DNA from: Antechinus flavipes
Taxonomy: Eukaryota
Direction: 5' to 3'
NCBI RefSeq assembly: GCF_016432865.1
Contig: NC_067399.1
Location: 621,860,001 to 621,924,000 of the forward strand
Length of the DNA stretch: 64,000 nt
Shown here piece by piece: positions 25,001 through 40,500 of the stretch. Position 1 is the stretch's first letter. Each line of letters begins with the position of its first letter. A program made the position numbers and the translations under genes. Under the pieces are notes generated by a model. It saw only the letters and a program-made list of their open reading frames with translations, made no database searches and was not told the origin of the DNA.

Positions 25001-27565
25001 ACAAAACTAAAAGGCCAAAGAGCCAGGCCAACTGTACCCAGAACAATAGAGCTGGGAATAAGCCAATGAGTGCGCCCCTACCATGGGGCAGCCCAAATGT
25101 CCAAGTGTTTCCAAATGCTCCTGGAGATAGGCGGCCATCTTTCTGGGCTAAACAGAGAACTTTAGCCAGCCCTTTGTTCTAAACATCATGTAAGAATAAT
25201 AATAACAATAATAACAACAGTAGCTCACGTCTAGTGTTTTAAATGTTATCTTATTTGATGCTCACCACAATCCTGTGATGCAGGTGCTAAAATTATCACC
25301 CAAATTTCACTAATGAGAAAATTGAAGATGAATGGGTAAGTGGCTTGCCCAGAGTCACACAGCTAGCCGTGTCTGAGGCTGGATTTGAATTCAGGTGTGC
25401 CTGAAGCCAAGTGCAGAATTCACTGCATCACTTAGTGATCTCTAAAGAGATCGGAAACCTTGGTCTCAGTTGCAAGAAGCAAAGCCCAGCAGCTCTGAGA
25501 GGCTCTGCAAGAACAGAAAGTCCTTCAAGTTGGGAAGGAGTAGACGGAAGAGGAGGCAGATATGCTGTTCCACTTCTCTGAAATCCAAGGTTTAGGTCGA
25601 ATGGAATCTCATCTGTACAAAAAGCCTAGGAGAAAGTAAGTGGGGCAGATTCCTTCACGGGAAAGGCTTCCAAGTCTTCTCTTTGACCCATTAAAAATGA
25701 AATCCAGGGCATCTGGAGAAAATCAGCTCTGTAGTGGTAGTACTGGAATGGAAGCCACGGCCTGCTCTCTGCAGAGCCTCTGGGGCCCTAGTGCTCCTGG
25801 GGAGCTGCAAGGGGCAAGGAGGGCTGGAATGACAGGACCACCGACACCTGCCCAAAGTTCATAGGATCAAGACAGCAAACTGCTCCTTCTTTTTCCTTCA
25901 TAATACTTCTCTTACCTTCACATTATTGTCAAACACCTCCTGCCACACCATGTAGCCCTTTCTATAGGAAGACACAATGTTCAGTAGCCTGAGGAAGAGA
26001 GAAATCAGCATATCCAATTGAAAGCTGCAATAGGTGAAGAGCAGGCCATAATCCTGGGGATGGCTGGCGTTCCCCCGATACCCAGAATTCTGGGTTTTCA
26101 TTTTTGGACAACGGAGGAAAAAGTCTCCTATGAAATCCCAGCTACACAACTTTTTCTCCTTGCTTCAGGTGAGGCCAATAATGTACTGGAGTGGAAGAGG
26201 GAACTGCTTGGGAAGATGGTGAGAGGCAGAGCTTAAGGGATGGGGGAGCGGTGAAAGTAGCAGGATTTTTCATTTTCAATGGCTAGAGGGTAGAGGGAGC
26301 TTAGAAAATGTAATTTACATTAGAAGACACTATATTTCAAAGTAAAGGACGGTACTACACAGGGTGTAGGAGGGTCCCAGACCATTCTCCCCTGCCCCCA
26401 AATTCCAATTTCCTATTCAGGGAAACATATCCCCATCCTTACTTTTGAATGTAGAAAGATTCCAATTTCTCAAAGCGGTCAAAACCTCTTTCCTTCATGA
26501 AGGCCATAATATCTGGATTAGATCGCCTGCAAGAAAGAAGACTAATTTCTCCCATTCTTACATATCCAGAACTTCAGAACCTTGGGGAGATAGGGAACAG
26601 TCACCTAATTTCCTGCTATTTCTTTCTCCAGTCTGAAAGAGAACCAAAAAGCAACTGCTAGCCCTGGAGTGAAGACTATAGGAGAGTTATGTCCTGGTTT
26701 TGTGCCAACCTTTGACAGCACAGCATTTAAGATCTTCTCGAATAGGACTTCAGCCAACCTTCCCAGCTTTCTCTGGCTTCCACAAGGGAGGATCAGATGC
26801 TGTTAAAAGACTGAAGAGACCTCAGACTGTCTAACCCTACTCCCTCTTTTAAAGATGAAGCAAATAAAATCCTGGGAGATGGTGACTTCCCCAGCAGTAT
26901 ATGAGTATTATGTGGCTGATCTGAGATTCAAGCCTAGGTCTTCAGACTCTCAAGCTATTTCTCAGTAATGTTCAAGTTCTTTTACTTTTTTTTCAGAGTT
27001 CAATGAATCTGAAATGCCTATCTCCCACCACCATCCAAATTCTACTTCCCCTGCAAGGCCCCATTTGAAATCTCTTCCTCAAAACTTTTCCTGACTTTGC
27101 TTTCCAACTAGTGTCTTCCTTTCTTGGTTCTCTTAAATCCTATAAAATTGTTTTGAAATATATAATGGCTTCTGTTAGATCTTTCATCTCAACTGTATTA
27201 ATAATAGCTCTTTTTTGCCCTTTTTTGGTTAGCAAAGAATTAGGAACAGGAGAAGGAAACTTCATTAATACCTTGCTTGATCTCTCTTGCTCTAAGATTT
27301 GTAGAAGGTAGAAGAGGACTGAGACAAAGGGAAACTAGAGCAAAATGATGGTACTGGATTGGGGAAGAATATAAGGCTGAATAGATAGTTTAGGCAGGGA
27401 GCATAATCAGGCAGGAGGAAAGAGAAGAAAAGCTGTGAAATTATTAATCCACCTTCTCTTTTGTATGACTCTATAGGACTAGAGACCTTGGTTTTGAATG
27501 GTCAAGGAATTCCAACATTTCAATTCTCCCATTTCCTTCTTTTCTACCCTCAATCCCCAGTCTAC

Positions 27566-27636
<71 letters not shown>

Positions 27637-30600
27637 ACTTCCCCCTTCCCCCTCCAAGAACTCCAGCTTCTTGACTCTGACTTACTAAATCAAAAGGGAA
27701 ATGGGGATGAACTGAGGGCTCATACCAACATGTGAAATCAACCTCATCCCCTCCAAGGTGAAGGTAAAAGTCTGGGAAAACTGAGCTGATCTCCTGGAAG
27801 AATGAAGCCATGAACTCATAGGTGCTGTTGAGGATGGGATTTACTGGACCAAAAGTGCCAGAAGGAGTGCTGCCTGAGTAGCAAGGAGTCAGCAGCCCAG
27901 GAATACCTAATCCAAGAGAGACACATACACAATCACACAGAAGTAGACCTAATACTAGGTCTAGCCTGAGAATAGCTCTACTGATCAACGATTTGGGGCT
28001 GTATTGCAATAGCTTATTTCTACCTTAAGCAGGAAATCAGAACTTATTTAGGACTTACATTATGGGGCACTGAATTTACCTGTTGCTGCTTTCCAAATAA
28101 GATGTTTGTAAAGTGCTAAGCATGGTGCCCAGCTCATGGTAGGTGCTTGATACATGGTTATTCATTTTCCTTTTTCCTTCCTAAGAGGTCCAAATCTATT
28201 GGGTTCTTAGAAAAGAGTTTTAGGATATAGTCTACCCTCCATAGCTCCTCTTTTGAGAACTCATGTGACTTTGCTTCTTTAATTCTGAAAGGGACCAAAG
28301 CTTCAGTTAAGTAAGGAAATCTAAGTGGGCTTTACTAGCAGCATCAGGAGACTTTTATTGGCCCAAATCCAACTAAATTTCAAATTTTTTCCCCATTCTG
28401 CATTCTTTTGCACTTCCAATTTTCCAAGTGGGAAAAAGTATCAGGAAAATCTGTTATTCTTAAGAAGAAAAACTGGAGTGTGGTATGTTTTTGTCTATGG
28501 GTTACATGTTAAAGAGATGCTGCCAAGGGAAGACCTGAAAAGAAGATATTGGCTTCCTCCTGATTTTCCTCCTCCTCTTTCTTACCTTTTCCCCAAGACA
28601 AAGTGTGCCCAGGTGTGTCAAATTCTGATATGACTCTGATGCCTCGCATTCGGGCATATTCAATGACCCTCTTTACATCCCCAATTGTATAGATGTGAGT
28701 GGCAGAGTTGTAGGATCCCTGAAAGACACAAACAGTTCCTTCTTGTACTCTCACCAGTAGAGGAAGATGAACTCCCAATATTCAGCACATAGGCTTAGCC
28801 CATCCTCACTGTAACTGCCTGAGCAGCACAAACTGGACAGGATCATGGAGTCTTCCCCAGGCTTTGTACTCAATACAAGAATGCCAAATAGGACAATAGA
28901 GAAGAGTCACTGGTTAGTGACAAAATCATTTAAAATAATATCTCACATCCTTATTGTTCCTGATCTTTTTTAATGTTTATTTTTTTGGCTCTCACATTTC
29001 TGTGAGGTGAGCAGGGATTATTGGTACCATTAAAAACATAAGGAAACTGATAATCAGAAAAATGAAATGTTGTCCAAAGACACAGAGGAGGACTTGAAGG
29101 TGCAATACAGTCCTTTTCCCACTAATTAAAGCTACAGGTGGCTCTTATGTGGTCCCTGTTCCCACTAACAGCACCCTGCAAAGAAGCCAGGTGCTTCCCA
29201 TTCACAATTTTAGAAAGACCAGGAAAAAACATACATACCTTTCTACTAAGCTCAGGGAAAGTCATACTCTCATATGGAAAAGAAGGGTCATCAACTATGT
29301 GCCAGTGGAAGACGTTGAATTTGTTATATGCCATGACATCCTGGAGGACAGAACACACATAAATTTACCTCTTCCTTCCATATTAAGATTCAAGACACAC
29401 CAACATCCCAAGATAATGCCCTTCTACTCTCCCTAAAGTTGGAGGAAAGCGTGAAAATACATCTTCTTGCTGCTTGATTCCAGTACTTCATGTTTCTAGG
29501 GCCCTCTCTTTTATGGTCAAAGCATATGCCTTTATGGCTTTGTAACACTGAAATAAGCACCATCTAAAGGAGACTTGGAAAGAACCAGCTTGGCCCAAAT
29601 GGACAAAGAGAACAGTTTCTTCTATACGTGAAAAGCCAACCAAAATCCAGTCAGTCAAGTAGAAACTTCTGTCAGGATCAGAGTCTTAAGTTCTGATTGA
29701 TCTCAAACTTGACTCTTTCTCCTCAATGAACTGAACATGGAGCCTAATGGGCACTGAAGTCTGAATTTTGTCCTTTCTTTCCTCTGGAGTTTTCCAGGTA
29801 GGTCACCTCTCTGGGACTAGTGAAGAATCATAAAATAGAATGTCTTAGGAAGGGTTGTTAAAGCTTGCCATAATAACTCCCCAAGTAACTCCTTAGGGTC
29901 CTGAAGTGGAGAATCATAATTTCATACCAGTGTCTCCAGGATGCTCTGCAGTGGGAGGTAATGACGAGACGTGTCCAGCAGTAAGCCTCGGTGAGGGAAT
30001 CGAGGAAAGTCTACAATTTCAGTCTGCTTGACATAGAACTGAGCAGAACAAAAATGAAAGTTTAATCAATGACACTCATGCCCTATTCCCAAAGTCTAAG
30101 AAGAGACCCAGGGTCTAAGAACTTTGTTGATGGTGGCTAAATACAAACCCCTTTTGGATAACAGCACATCCCTGATCTTCCTAGTCTTTCCATGGTCCCT
30201 CTAACAGACTGATTCACTTTATGGTGCTTTCTATTTCCAGTGCTTAGTATAGGACTTGGCACATAATAGGAACTTAATGTTCATTGGCTATCTCATAATT
30301 ACTAATATCTGAAATTTTCCAGGGATATATCCATGGGGCCCCAAAACCTATGTCCTGGAACAGTCTTACAAAGCTACACCCTGCACTCAAAGGCCACACA
30401 CAAAAAAGCTGATTCACTAAGTTTTAGCTTTTCACTCTTATTAAAAAAAAATTATATAAAATTTTGTTCACTTACATGTAAACAAAATTTTTATACTTTT
30501 TTGGGGAGAGGAAGGAGGAGTTTAAGTGACTTGTTCAGGGTTATATAGTTAGTATCATGGGTCTGAAGCTAGATTTGAACTCAGGTCCTTGTGACTCCAA

Positions 30601-33600
30601 GGCTGATGCTCTATCAATTTTTTTTTTTTTTTAATTTCCAATTCCAAATTCTTTTCTTCCTTGAGAAAGCAAGCAACTTGATATAGGTTATACAAAAAGT
30701 ACCATCATGCAAAATGGCACTCTAGTTTTAAAATTTATATTTGAATGCTTTAATTTCTATTTTCTTTAGTGACTTATTATGGCTTATTATGGTCTAGGGT
30801 ACAGGTAAACTCTAGTTATTTTATGCAACCTCATTCTATCAACCAGGGAACCTTAAATCACAATCCAACCACATCCCCAACCTTTGTATTTCCTCCCAAA
30901 TTCTAGCTAGCCAGGAATGTCTTATACCACTTTTGACATCCAGAGAGAACTTATGACAAAAAAAAGGCATTATATTGTAAACTTCCTTCAGTCACTTGGG
31001 ACACACACTCACCATGCCCTCTGCGGATCTCCAAATGAGCTGGCTAAAAGTCTCTAGGCCTGTGGAGAACCAGAGGGGCAGGGTGAGGTCTGGGGGAAGT
31101 GAGGGAAGAAACTGCCCCAACTTAAAATGATGCCCGGTGGTTGCAGGGTATGATGTGTGAGCAAAGAAAGCGAGATAGGCAAGATCAATGCTCATTTTTC
31201 CTTGAAAATTCAGGGAGAAAGAATTCAAGAAGCATTTCTAATACATTTTGGGGATATTTGGTTGATCCATAGTAAGATAACTGAGAAAAGTTAAACAAGA
31301 GATATCTATCCATTCCTTTTATCTACTTTTTCTTTGTCAGACACCATCTGTCACTGAATGCTTGTTCAGGGGGACAGGACACTGGGAAGGTCTCTAACAA
31401 GTCCCAGCTCTTGCTTGGGGCCTCTTCCTTCTGTAGATCTGGTGGCCAGCTAAAGAGGTGAGAGGCCTAGTGTTATTTTCCTTAGTCTGCAAGTCTGGCC
31501 ATCTTAGAAAGTTTTGTATTGCCTGGAATCTCTGTAAGTTCCCAGATCTGAGCTCTTAGTGAAGAAAGAAGAAAGAAGAAGGCAGCTAAGGGAAAGAAGG
31601 CAATCAAAAACTGCTTCTTTGGGGAACTAAAAGGATAGATTTTTAGAGCTAAAAGGGATCCTTGTGAGAGTCTGCAGCAACTTAAGAACCTTCCAATCCT
31701 TAGCAGACTTTAGAGTTTATATATATATATATAAATATAAACTCTAAAGTCTAAACATATATAAAGATATATATATGTATATAAAACTATATATAACTGG
31801 ACTATAATGATTAGGAACTATATGTGTTCTTCACTTCTTTATCTCCCATAATGCCTAGTGTCAGATCTTGCATCTAAACAGGAAAGTGACAAACAAATAT
31901 ACATATACATTGAATGACTCTGAGTTAAGATCACTTAGTTTCTCTAATGCCACAGATTTAGAAGTCTTGTTTTTCACTATATATTTATTTTTCTTTTCAA
32001 ATCAACTAAAAAAGATGTCTGTTTCTCACCCAGAGATTAAAGAAGAATCACATCAGAGGCATTATAAAGCCCAGTTTCTCCAAGCCGTAGGAGGTAAGCC
32101 CCCAGGTGGCTTTTTGTAAAGAGCAGGAACTCTTTTGAATTCTTGTAAAGGGCCTTTCTTCCTGGACCCTGAGAAAGCATTGGATTCAGTGTTACGAGGC
32201 TCGTTCTGTGCTTCCAGACTAGCATAGTCATGGCTAGTTTCAGTGTCCTAATCCATAAAAAGGAGGTAATAATGCTGGCACTACTGAACTGTATGTGCTC
32301 TGGAACCTCATATAAATGGGTTTTCATTATCTCACCATTACTAAGGCTTCCTCCATCCAAACAATCCTCAATTATTTCCATAAAAGGCTTTTCTAGAAGA
32401 GAAACCACTACTACAGTGTCTGATTTTTGTACACAGAGGGACACATCTCAACAGAAAGGAAACCTGTGGATATCTCATTTGATTCCCTGAGGAGAGCTGG
32501 CTCATCTGCTTTACTTTTAAGAGGCCTTAATTTCAAAGCCTCCCAACACCAGACCTAGCAGTCAGGTTTAGAGAAACTCCGTTAGAACAAATCAACGAAA
32601 AATCTAGGTCATCTAATCCCTCAACTTCCCACCTCATGTGAGCCTCTGTACCATTACCTCTGAGAGCTCCCCAGACAGTATGAGCTTTCAGGATGAACTG
32701 TTGATCACTGAGGGTCAAGGTGTCTGAAATGAAAACAAAAAAAGTCTGCAGGGTTAGGGCTTGAAAACAGTGAATTTTATACCCCAGTCTTAAATGAAAA
32801 TAAAACCAGTTTTGTTTTTCAAGGTGAAGCTTCTAGTGCTGGCAGTTATGGACCAGCATGTTGGCTTCTGGGAACTTTTGCTGGGGCGAGGTAGAATCAT
32901 GGCATTTGGGAAACCTATCTGCCACAACAGTTTCAGATAGCCTCGGGAGAGTTAAGTGGCAGAGGTGTATGTGTGTGTAATTGTGGGCTCTACTATAATT
33001 TCCATTATTTTTGCCAAGTTCTGATGCTTAATAATTCCTTAATTTCCTTTGTGGATACACATGTTCCTACTAAACCTCATCATGGAATATAAAAAAGGCT
33101 TAATATTATAATAGATGACAGGGGTTGAGAATGTGCTCTCATGCTATCTCCAATCACCCTCTCCCTCCCCCCCCCCTTCCAATTAACTTCTCCTTCACCC
33201 GAAGGGTGCTGTTTAAAGGGAAATCAAATCTTTTTGCTTAATTTAGGAACTGAAAACACTCCTAAGGCTCAGAGGCATTCCATAGACTTTGCCATTACTT
33301 ACAAAAAATAATTTCATTTGGGTGAGCCTGAAAGTCTCTGCTATAGTTCTTCTGCATAGGAAGGCTAAGCCTAAACCTCATGTAACATCTAAGTCCACTA
33401 CCCGTTGGTTCTTTGGTATTTAAGGCTATAAGCATGTGGCATGAACCTTTGAAGACTGTAAGGATATATACTCTGTATCCTGTCCTGTCCCTGCTGTGGC
33501 ACCTCTAGTGCTTTGAGAACTTCTTGGGGAATGGCTAGCTGGTTCAATAGTTGGGGAAATCCTTTAGGGGCAGGGCTGAGCTGTCAAGCTTTCACGTTCA

Positions 33601-34537
33601 CAGGAAAGATCTGTAACCCAAGGATGTGCTTACAATTCTCCACAGAATTCATTTCTGGAAACTGGTCACATCCAGGGACATTCACAAAGACTTCCAAAGA
33701 ATTCTTCATCGTTTGCTTCAGTCCTGCAAGAAGAGAAGAAATTCGGGACTCTCACCTCCACCAATATAGCATATATAATAGGAAGGACCTTTAGGGCAAT
33801 CTTTTTTTTGCTGAGGCAATTGGGGTTAAGTGACTTGCCAAGAGTCACACGGGAGGTCATCTAATTTAATACCCTCATTTTTTATAGATGAGGAAATATG
33901 AGGTTCAGAGAGATTAAGAGACCTCTCCAGGCACATATTGTTCAGTAAGGAACTCATGTTCCTCCAATAAAAGGGTAGCACCAAGTCTTGGACCATGCTT
34001 ATTGTTCATTGATCAGATGTATGTACTTATTCTTTTTATTCTGTTAGCTATGTAGTCTTTACATATACCCAGAGAATCATTAAGTATTTTGTGGACTTTA
34101 AAGCACTTAAACAAATGTCAATTATGATGATGTTAATTCACATGTGGGTCTGGATGGAAACTTCTCTAGTAGAGGTCTTATCTGTTTTGTTGTGACTAGC
34201 TCAGGCCAGTAGGCCTCTAGTTTGTGAATGGGATTCCCCAGGCAAGAAACTCTTAAGTGTTGATGCTACCCCATAGTGGTGATGCCGTATGTGATGTTTG
34301 TTTCTTATATTGTCTTTATTGTATTGCATTTGTTGACTGTATATTACTTTGGTGTTATAAATTTTCTCTCCCCCCTGTCTTATTTGAATCAAAATTCTAA
34401 GCAGTAATAAACTTTTATCACCCCTATCCTTTTAACTCTATGCCTGTCGAATGCAAATTCTGAACTTAGATTAATCTTATAAATCCTCCCCCCCCCCCAA
34501 ATAGATTTTAAAGTTTTGCTTCTGATACTATTGTTAG

Positions 34538-34571
<34 letters not shown>

Positions 34572-37500
34572 CTTGTATCTTTGGAAAAAATCTAAGTTTG
34601 TTAATGAGTTTCTTGTGCATTCATATTGTATGATTTTGACAGTTTTTTTTTTCTTGAAATTGGAATAATTCCTTTCTATTTTCAGAATTTCATTTGTGAG
34701 GCAGGACATATCCCAGGGATATCCCTGTACATAACACGTAGAGATTATTTTCTCTACTAAATTTTAATCCAAGGGAATCCCTATCTTCCTTTTCTCTGAC
34801 TTCTCTGAAATTGGCTTTCTCCAAATCTAACTAGAATCTTGCTTGTCTATCACAAATCCTAAAATTGAGTGATCATTTCCCCATGTTGCTTTCATCATTC
34901 CAACAAGCAATTTTTCCTTGATGAGATCAGATTCATAGTAGGAATTCTCTTTGGTGCTTTCACTATCTTTTGAAGGATGAAATTATTACTAGGCAAATAG
35001 TGAATTTGGTTAACTGATTTCCTATCACATACCATATCACACTTCCATTTTTGGTTTATGATTTGTTTTCCCAAACCCTTTAAGCACCTCTTTCTATTGA
35101 GGGGTTGTCAAGGTGGCACATCACTTCTGTTTCTGCTTTTGCTGAGCTTCTCTTTTCTAATTTCTGGATTTCTTCACATGAGGTTCACAGATTAAGAGCA
35201 GCAGAGGGCCTTATAATAAAAATGACTGGATCTGCTCTCAGGAAGTTACAGTAGCAGGGGTGAGGTTGAAAAGCTACATACATGTAACCTATTTAATATG
35301 TAAAGGACTGCTTGCCATCTGGGGGAGGGGGTGGAAGGAGGGAGGGGAAAAAATCGGAACAGAAGTGAGTGCAAGGGATAATGCTGTAAAAAATTACCCT
35401 GGCATGGGTTCTGTCAATAAAAAGTTATTAAAAAAAAGAAAAAGAAAAAAAAAAAAGAAAAGATACATACATACATACACATATATGAAGTTTATAGTGA
35501 CGGGGTGGGATTTAAAAGATACATACACACATACATATGAATTTCTAGTGGCAGGGGTGGGGTTGAAGAGATTCATACATATACACATACACATATAAAT
35601 AAATACAGGATATCTGATAAAAAAGATTTTACTCAGAAGGGTAGGAAAAGGATTTTGCCTGCATTTGCCATGCCCCATTTAACTACAAGAGTAAACAGTG
35701 CTGCCTTGTGTCATTAATTTGAAAAAAACAGTGAATCTGAAGTCAGAGGGTCTGTGTTTCATTCCTGGCTCTATAGCTAACAGTGGACAAGTCCCAACTT
35801 TTGGGGGCTTTAATTTCTTCAGTTTTAAAATACAATTACTTGTATAACCCTTTATAGAGTTGTTGTAAGGACCAAAAAAGAATACAATAAGGTATTTTGT
35901 AAATGGTAAAGTACAAGGTAAATGTTAGCAATTGTTATTATTTTTTCATGGTTTTGTGGAACCAACTAAATAAATAGTGTTGTGGAAGATAATTAGTCCC
36001 ATACCAATCATATTATAAATGGGAGACAGGTACTTACAGAAACCAAAGAAAGATACTGCCCAAAGCAAATGAAGATAGACTGGGGTGGCTAAGAGATAAA
36101 GGGTAAAGACCTGACACAACAAGCCATTTTTGGCTCCCAGAATTCTTTGGCTAATAGATGGCTAATGAAGAAGGATGTGGTGGAGTTTCATTGAAATGGT
36201 AGAGCACCAGAATATAGAATGGAATAGATTAAGCCACAGAAAAGCATATAAGGAATCAGGCAGTACAAGGACAATGGGAAGATGAGTCAAGTACCACACT
36301 CATGAAATGCTTAATCTCTAATTTAAGATATAACTGGAGGTAATGGCTCAGAGGAATATGGATATGTTTCTTTAGCAAAACAAAATATTATCCCTCTTCT
36401 CTCAACTATTTTCTTTTACTAGGGACTAAACAACCCATTTTCCCTGGGGAAAAGACCAATGAAAAGGTGCTAAATTCAAAATAGCATATGGAAGGTAGAA
36501 AACAAATGATTGGAGAGGAAGCCTCGGGATTCGACTTCTAAATCTCTCTACTTCTCCAAGAACTTGGAGAATATAATCAATAAGAGGATAGCAGGATATG
36601 GATGACATCCAAAAACAGAACAGCCATGGGCTTGCGGTACTTCTTTTTCCTTTGTAATCTAGAATTAGCTGGGTGGAGCACTGACTAGATAGATGGCTTC
36701 TTGTTATAAATAGGGGTACCACTGATAAGAAAATTGGAATACATGTTAGCCTCTTAGTGAACTATTTGTGTAAGTGATAAACATCAAGTTTATTTTTAAC
36801 ATTTCTACCACAGTAATTTTCTTTAGTTATATGGAAAGCTTTACAATGTCTTTCTTTCTTGCTTTTTTTTTTTTTTTTTTTTTTTGCTGAGGCAATTGGG
36901 TTAAGTGACTTACCTAGGGTCACATAGCTAGTTAGTATTAAGTGTCTGAAGCTGGATTTGAACTTAGCTCCATCTGACTTGCGGGCTGTGCTCTATCCAC
37001 TGTGCCACCTAGCTGCTCTTACAATGTCTTTCTGGGGAAGATGTATTTCTTTTTTTCTCAATAGCTGTTTGCAAGAAACTGCCATTTCATGAAATAACTT
37101 TCATCTGGAATTGACAAGAGTGGCAAACTCATAAGTCAGAAGAGTAAAGAACAAAGACAAACTAGATGGTGGAATGATTTCAGAGGATTGCCTAACCTAT
37201 TACAACTATTATTTATTTCTTACTTAGGGTGATACTTGGTCATCATGGTTTTTTTTTTTGAGAGTACAATACCTTAATGATTATGCAATTGCTTTGATTA
37301 ACTACTTGTATTTTATTTGGAAATTATTGAAATCTTTTTTCTTTCTTGGCTGATTAAATTTTTGCAGAAATATACAGCTGCTTTTGCAAGGCTAGAAGAA
37401 AACTAACTTAAGAATTATATTCAAAAGGAAAATTAGTAAAAACAGTCATAGCAATATATTATACTGGAAAAATTGCTGATCCTGGAATCCAAACAGACTC

Positions 37501-40500
37501 ATGTGAATTCCTGCTTCTGCTCCTTGTGACCTTGGGAAAAATCATGTCTTTGGATTGTAGTCTGTACATTTGTAAAATTAGGGATTTAAGAATTTTCAAG
37601 ATCCCTTTGAGAACTGCTATGAATTTGATTTTCTAGAGAACTGTTTGCTTCAATGTCTTCATTATTCTCATTAAAATCAGTTTTCATGGTTTTCTGATAA
37701 ACAAGTAATTAATAAATGAGATAGATAGCATAGGAAGAGAAGTAAGCTTTTAACTTCATTTTATTTCATGTGTGGCTAGGAAGGATACAATGTAGCATTT
37801 CACTGTTAACAAACTATTCCATCTCCAGATGATAAACTATGGAAAGGGGAAAAACTGTAATTAGAAGAAATATTATTCAATCTTAAAATCAGGCAAACAT
37901 TTATCTAGTGCCTGTTTTCCCCTCTCAACTATAAATTATGCTAATTGGCAAACTTATCAAAATATATCTGCTAGTATGTTATATTTTTTCACTGGGGGCT
38001 AAGAGGTCAAAAAGAAGAGGAATACTTGTAGACTAAGTGGTTAGTTGTATATATTCCATTTTATCTAAAATTGATCTAGTCTGTTCTTAATGTTTGAATT
38101 TTTCATATCTCAATAAGTTAATGTTCTCTGACCTTATTGCAAAGTCTCTTTTGAACCCCATTACCTTTAATACCTTTCATCAGTATCAAATTAGTTGTGT
38201 TTAATTTTAATAATGTTACCTGTAAAATTTTATGGTTCATATTTACTTTAATTTAATAATAGTTAATTATTAGGATTTGTAAAATAGCATTTTTTCCTCT
38301 ATATTCATAAATGTCACCTCCCTAAACAAGGTCCTGGGTAGGGTTCTGACACTAGAAATTTACCTATTCAGCATAAGCGTTAAGATGCCAGCTCTTTATA
38401 CTACTACTTTCTCTGTCAAACTAACACCTCTTCATTCAAAATAATGTCATGGATGGCTGCTGGAATAATATTCTGTAAACATAATACTTAGGGAAAATGA
38501 TGGATATAATGGTGTATAGTAGGAGTCTGAGAGACTTGAGTTCAAATCTTGTTCCAGATGGCACTAGCAAAGAGTGGTATACTTAAACTCTCCAAACTTC
38601 ACTTTTCTCATTTGCAAATTAGGGAGAACCCCTAACAGGGTGATTATGAGGATCAAAAGAAAAAAAAAGTATATGTAAAATACTTTGCAAAACTTTAAAG
38701 TAGCATTTAAATACTGGCCATTATTATTATTAGTAATTTCTGCCTAATACTGCCTGCCCTCATCTTACTTCTCTTACTTGGTTCCCTCATCTTTTCCTTC
38801 CCCATTTCATCATTATCTGATACAGTAGCCTATACTAACCAAGTCAATTTGTTGGCCCATTGCTCAAACTACTTTCTACCTTTTCATGTCCATTGCTTCC
38901 TCAAGAAGCAGATTAAAATTCCCTTTCTTCAAGTAGTCTTTATTTAATTATTTGGCTTAGAGTAATTAGGAATTCAACTCACATTAGTCTGCAGTTTCAT
39001 TGCAAATGCTTTGTAATAATTTTAATACCATTTTTCTAACTTTTCTTCTCAATAAAATTTAAAGTTTCTCCAAGCAGAGAGGCCCTGTCTTCTGGATACA
39101 CAGTAAATGTTCAGCAAGTATCCTGATGTCTTAGCCATAACACTGTTCTCAGGTTCCATGCTGGATAAAACCTTCCCAGAGAAATATTTTGCTTGTAAAG
39201 TACTTCAGTATCTAAAAACTCCTAGATACACCTGTCAACTCTTTTCTACAGCAAGTTGTCCCATGGAGGTTCCACTACCGAATGCCAACCTGAGCTACAA
39301 ATTCGAAGTAAAAAAAACTAAATGGTAGTATGGAAAAGATCTCTTGTTCACAGTGAGCTGATTACAAAATAGTTTGGGATTCAGTAGGGTAAAGCCATGC
39401 TTTTAAAAGTTCTCCAGCAAGGCACGTATCTGACTTATATTAACATTATGTAAGACTCCTTGGCTAAGGCAACCACAGGCATAACTTAGGACCAACGAGC
39501 AAGGAAGACACCAGTGCTTGGAGTTTGACCAATAATTAAGGATCTCCCAAAAGTCATTTGTCCCCCAAAGTTTTTTGGTCAAATGATTTGGCTTCTACTT
39601 GGGACAAAGTAGGCTGGAAAGTACCCTCCCGAGGGGATGGCTGAGTTTGGGTAGCGCCAGTCTTTCTGGTCAGAGGACATAGGGAAGGGACGGAAGAAGC
39701 AGAAAATAGAACTATAGGGGTTGATCCTGAAGGTTAGGTTCTGGAAAAGGAGGCAGAAGAGGACGCTAAACCCTAGGTCTACAAGAGAAGGGATTTCTGG
39801 GATGCGTATGTATGGAATGGAGAGATAAGGTGAAGAACTTCCAGCGATGTTTAAATTCTTTTCCTGTATTTTATTATTCATTATTTCTATGTCTCTGTGA
39901 ACTGCATAAGTATGTTGTGTGTTAGCCAATATTTACTTAAACGTTAGATATATTTATTTAACCTGAAACGATGACATTTATCACTATTCAGTGTCAATAT
40001 TTAGACTATTAGTTGAATGCTGTTAGCTTAGCAATCTAAATTTTGAAGGTCTGTTGGCACCCATATCTAACATTCAATTAAGGGGAGAGAGCACCTATTT
40101 TCTTAATGCTCCCCAACCTATGAAGTAATCCTTTGTAACCAAACCTATAAAAACTGTCTATTTTTCCTAAATCTTTCTCTTTCTCTCCTCCTCGCGGTGC
40201 AATTGCTCCTTCTCATGAGAATCTATTAATAAGCAACAACTTTTCTGCTTTTTTACTTCGAGAAGTCTCTGAGTAGTCATTTTGGGGTAGGAGTTCTATC
40301 CCTCACAAGTGCATTCGCGCTAGTGCCGGTAAGCAGGGTGGGGCGTATTTGGCGGAACCCAACAGACTGAAAGCTCCCCGGGACGCTCTCTGGTTTCTTT
40401 TTTACGTCCCCAGCGTTTATCACACAGTGTCGAATATCTGATAAGTAAACACTTACAGACGACCTGTATCGGATACCTGAAGCTGGAGGGACTAGCGGGC

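Noticed and set aside
32037-32444. 135-aa minus-strand ORF in HEXA intron 3 (possible nested gene or viral element)
   Set aside because: GTG start, no recognisable domain; several ORFs this long are expected by chance in 64 kb across six frames.
36552-36571. 9-bp-arm palindrome ttctccaag-aa-cttggagaa (similar 7-8-bp ones at 4587, 41480 and 41645)
   Set aside because: Arms this short are expected about once or more by chance in this window.
39579-39929. 116-aa ORF in intron 1
   Set aside because: Lies inside the LTR-like element; no gag, pol or env motifs and no PBS next to the LTR.
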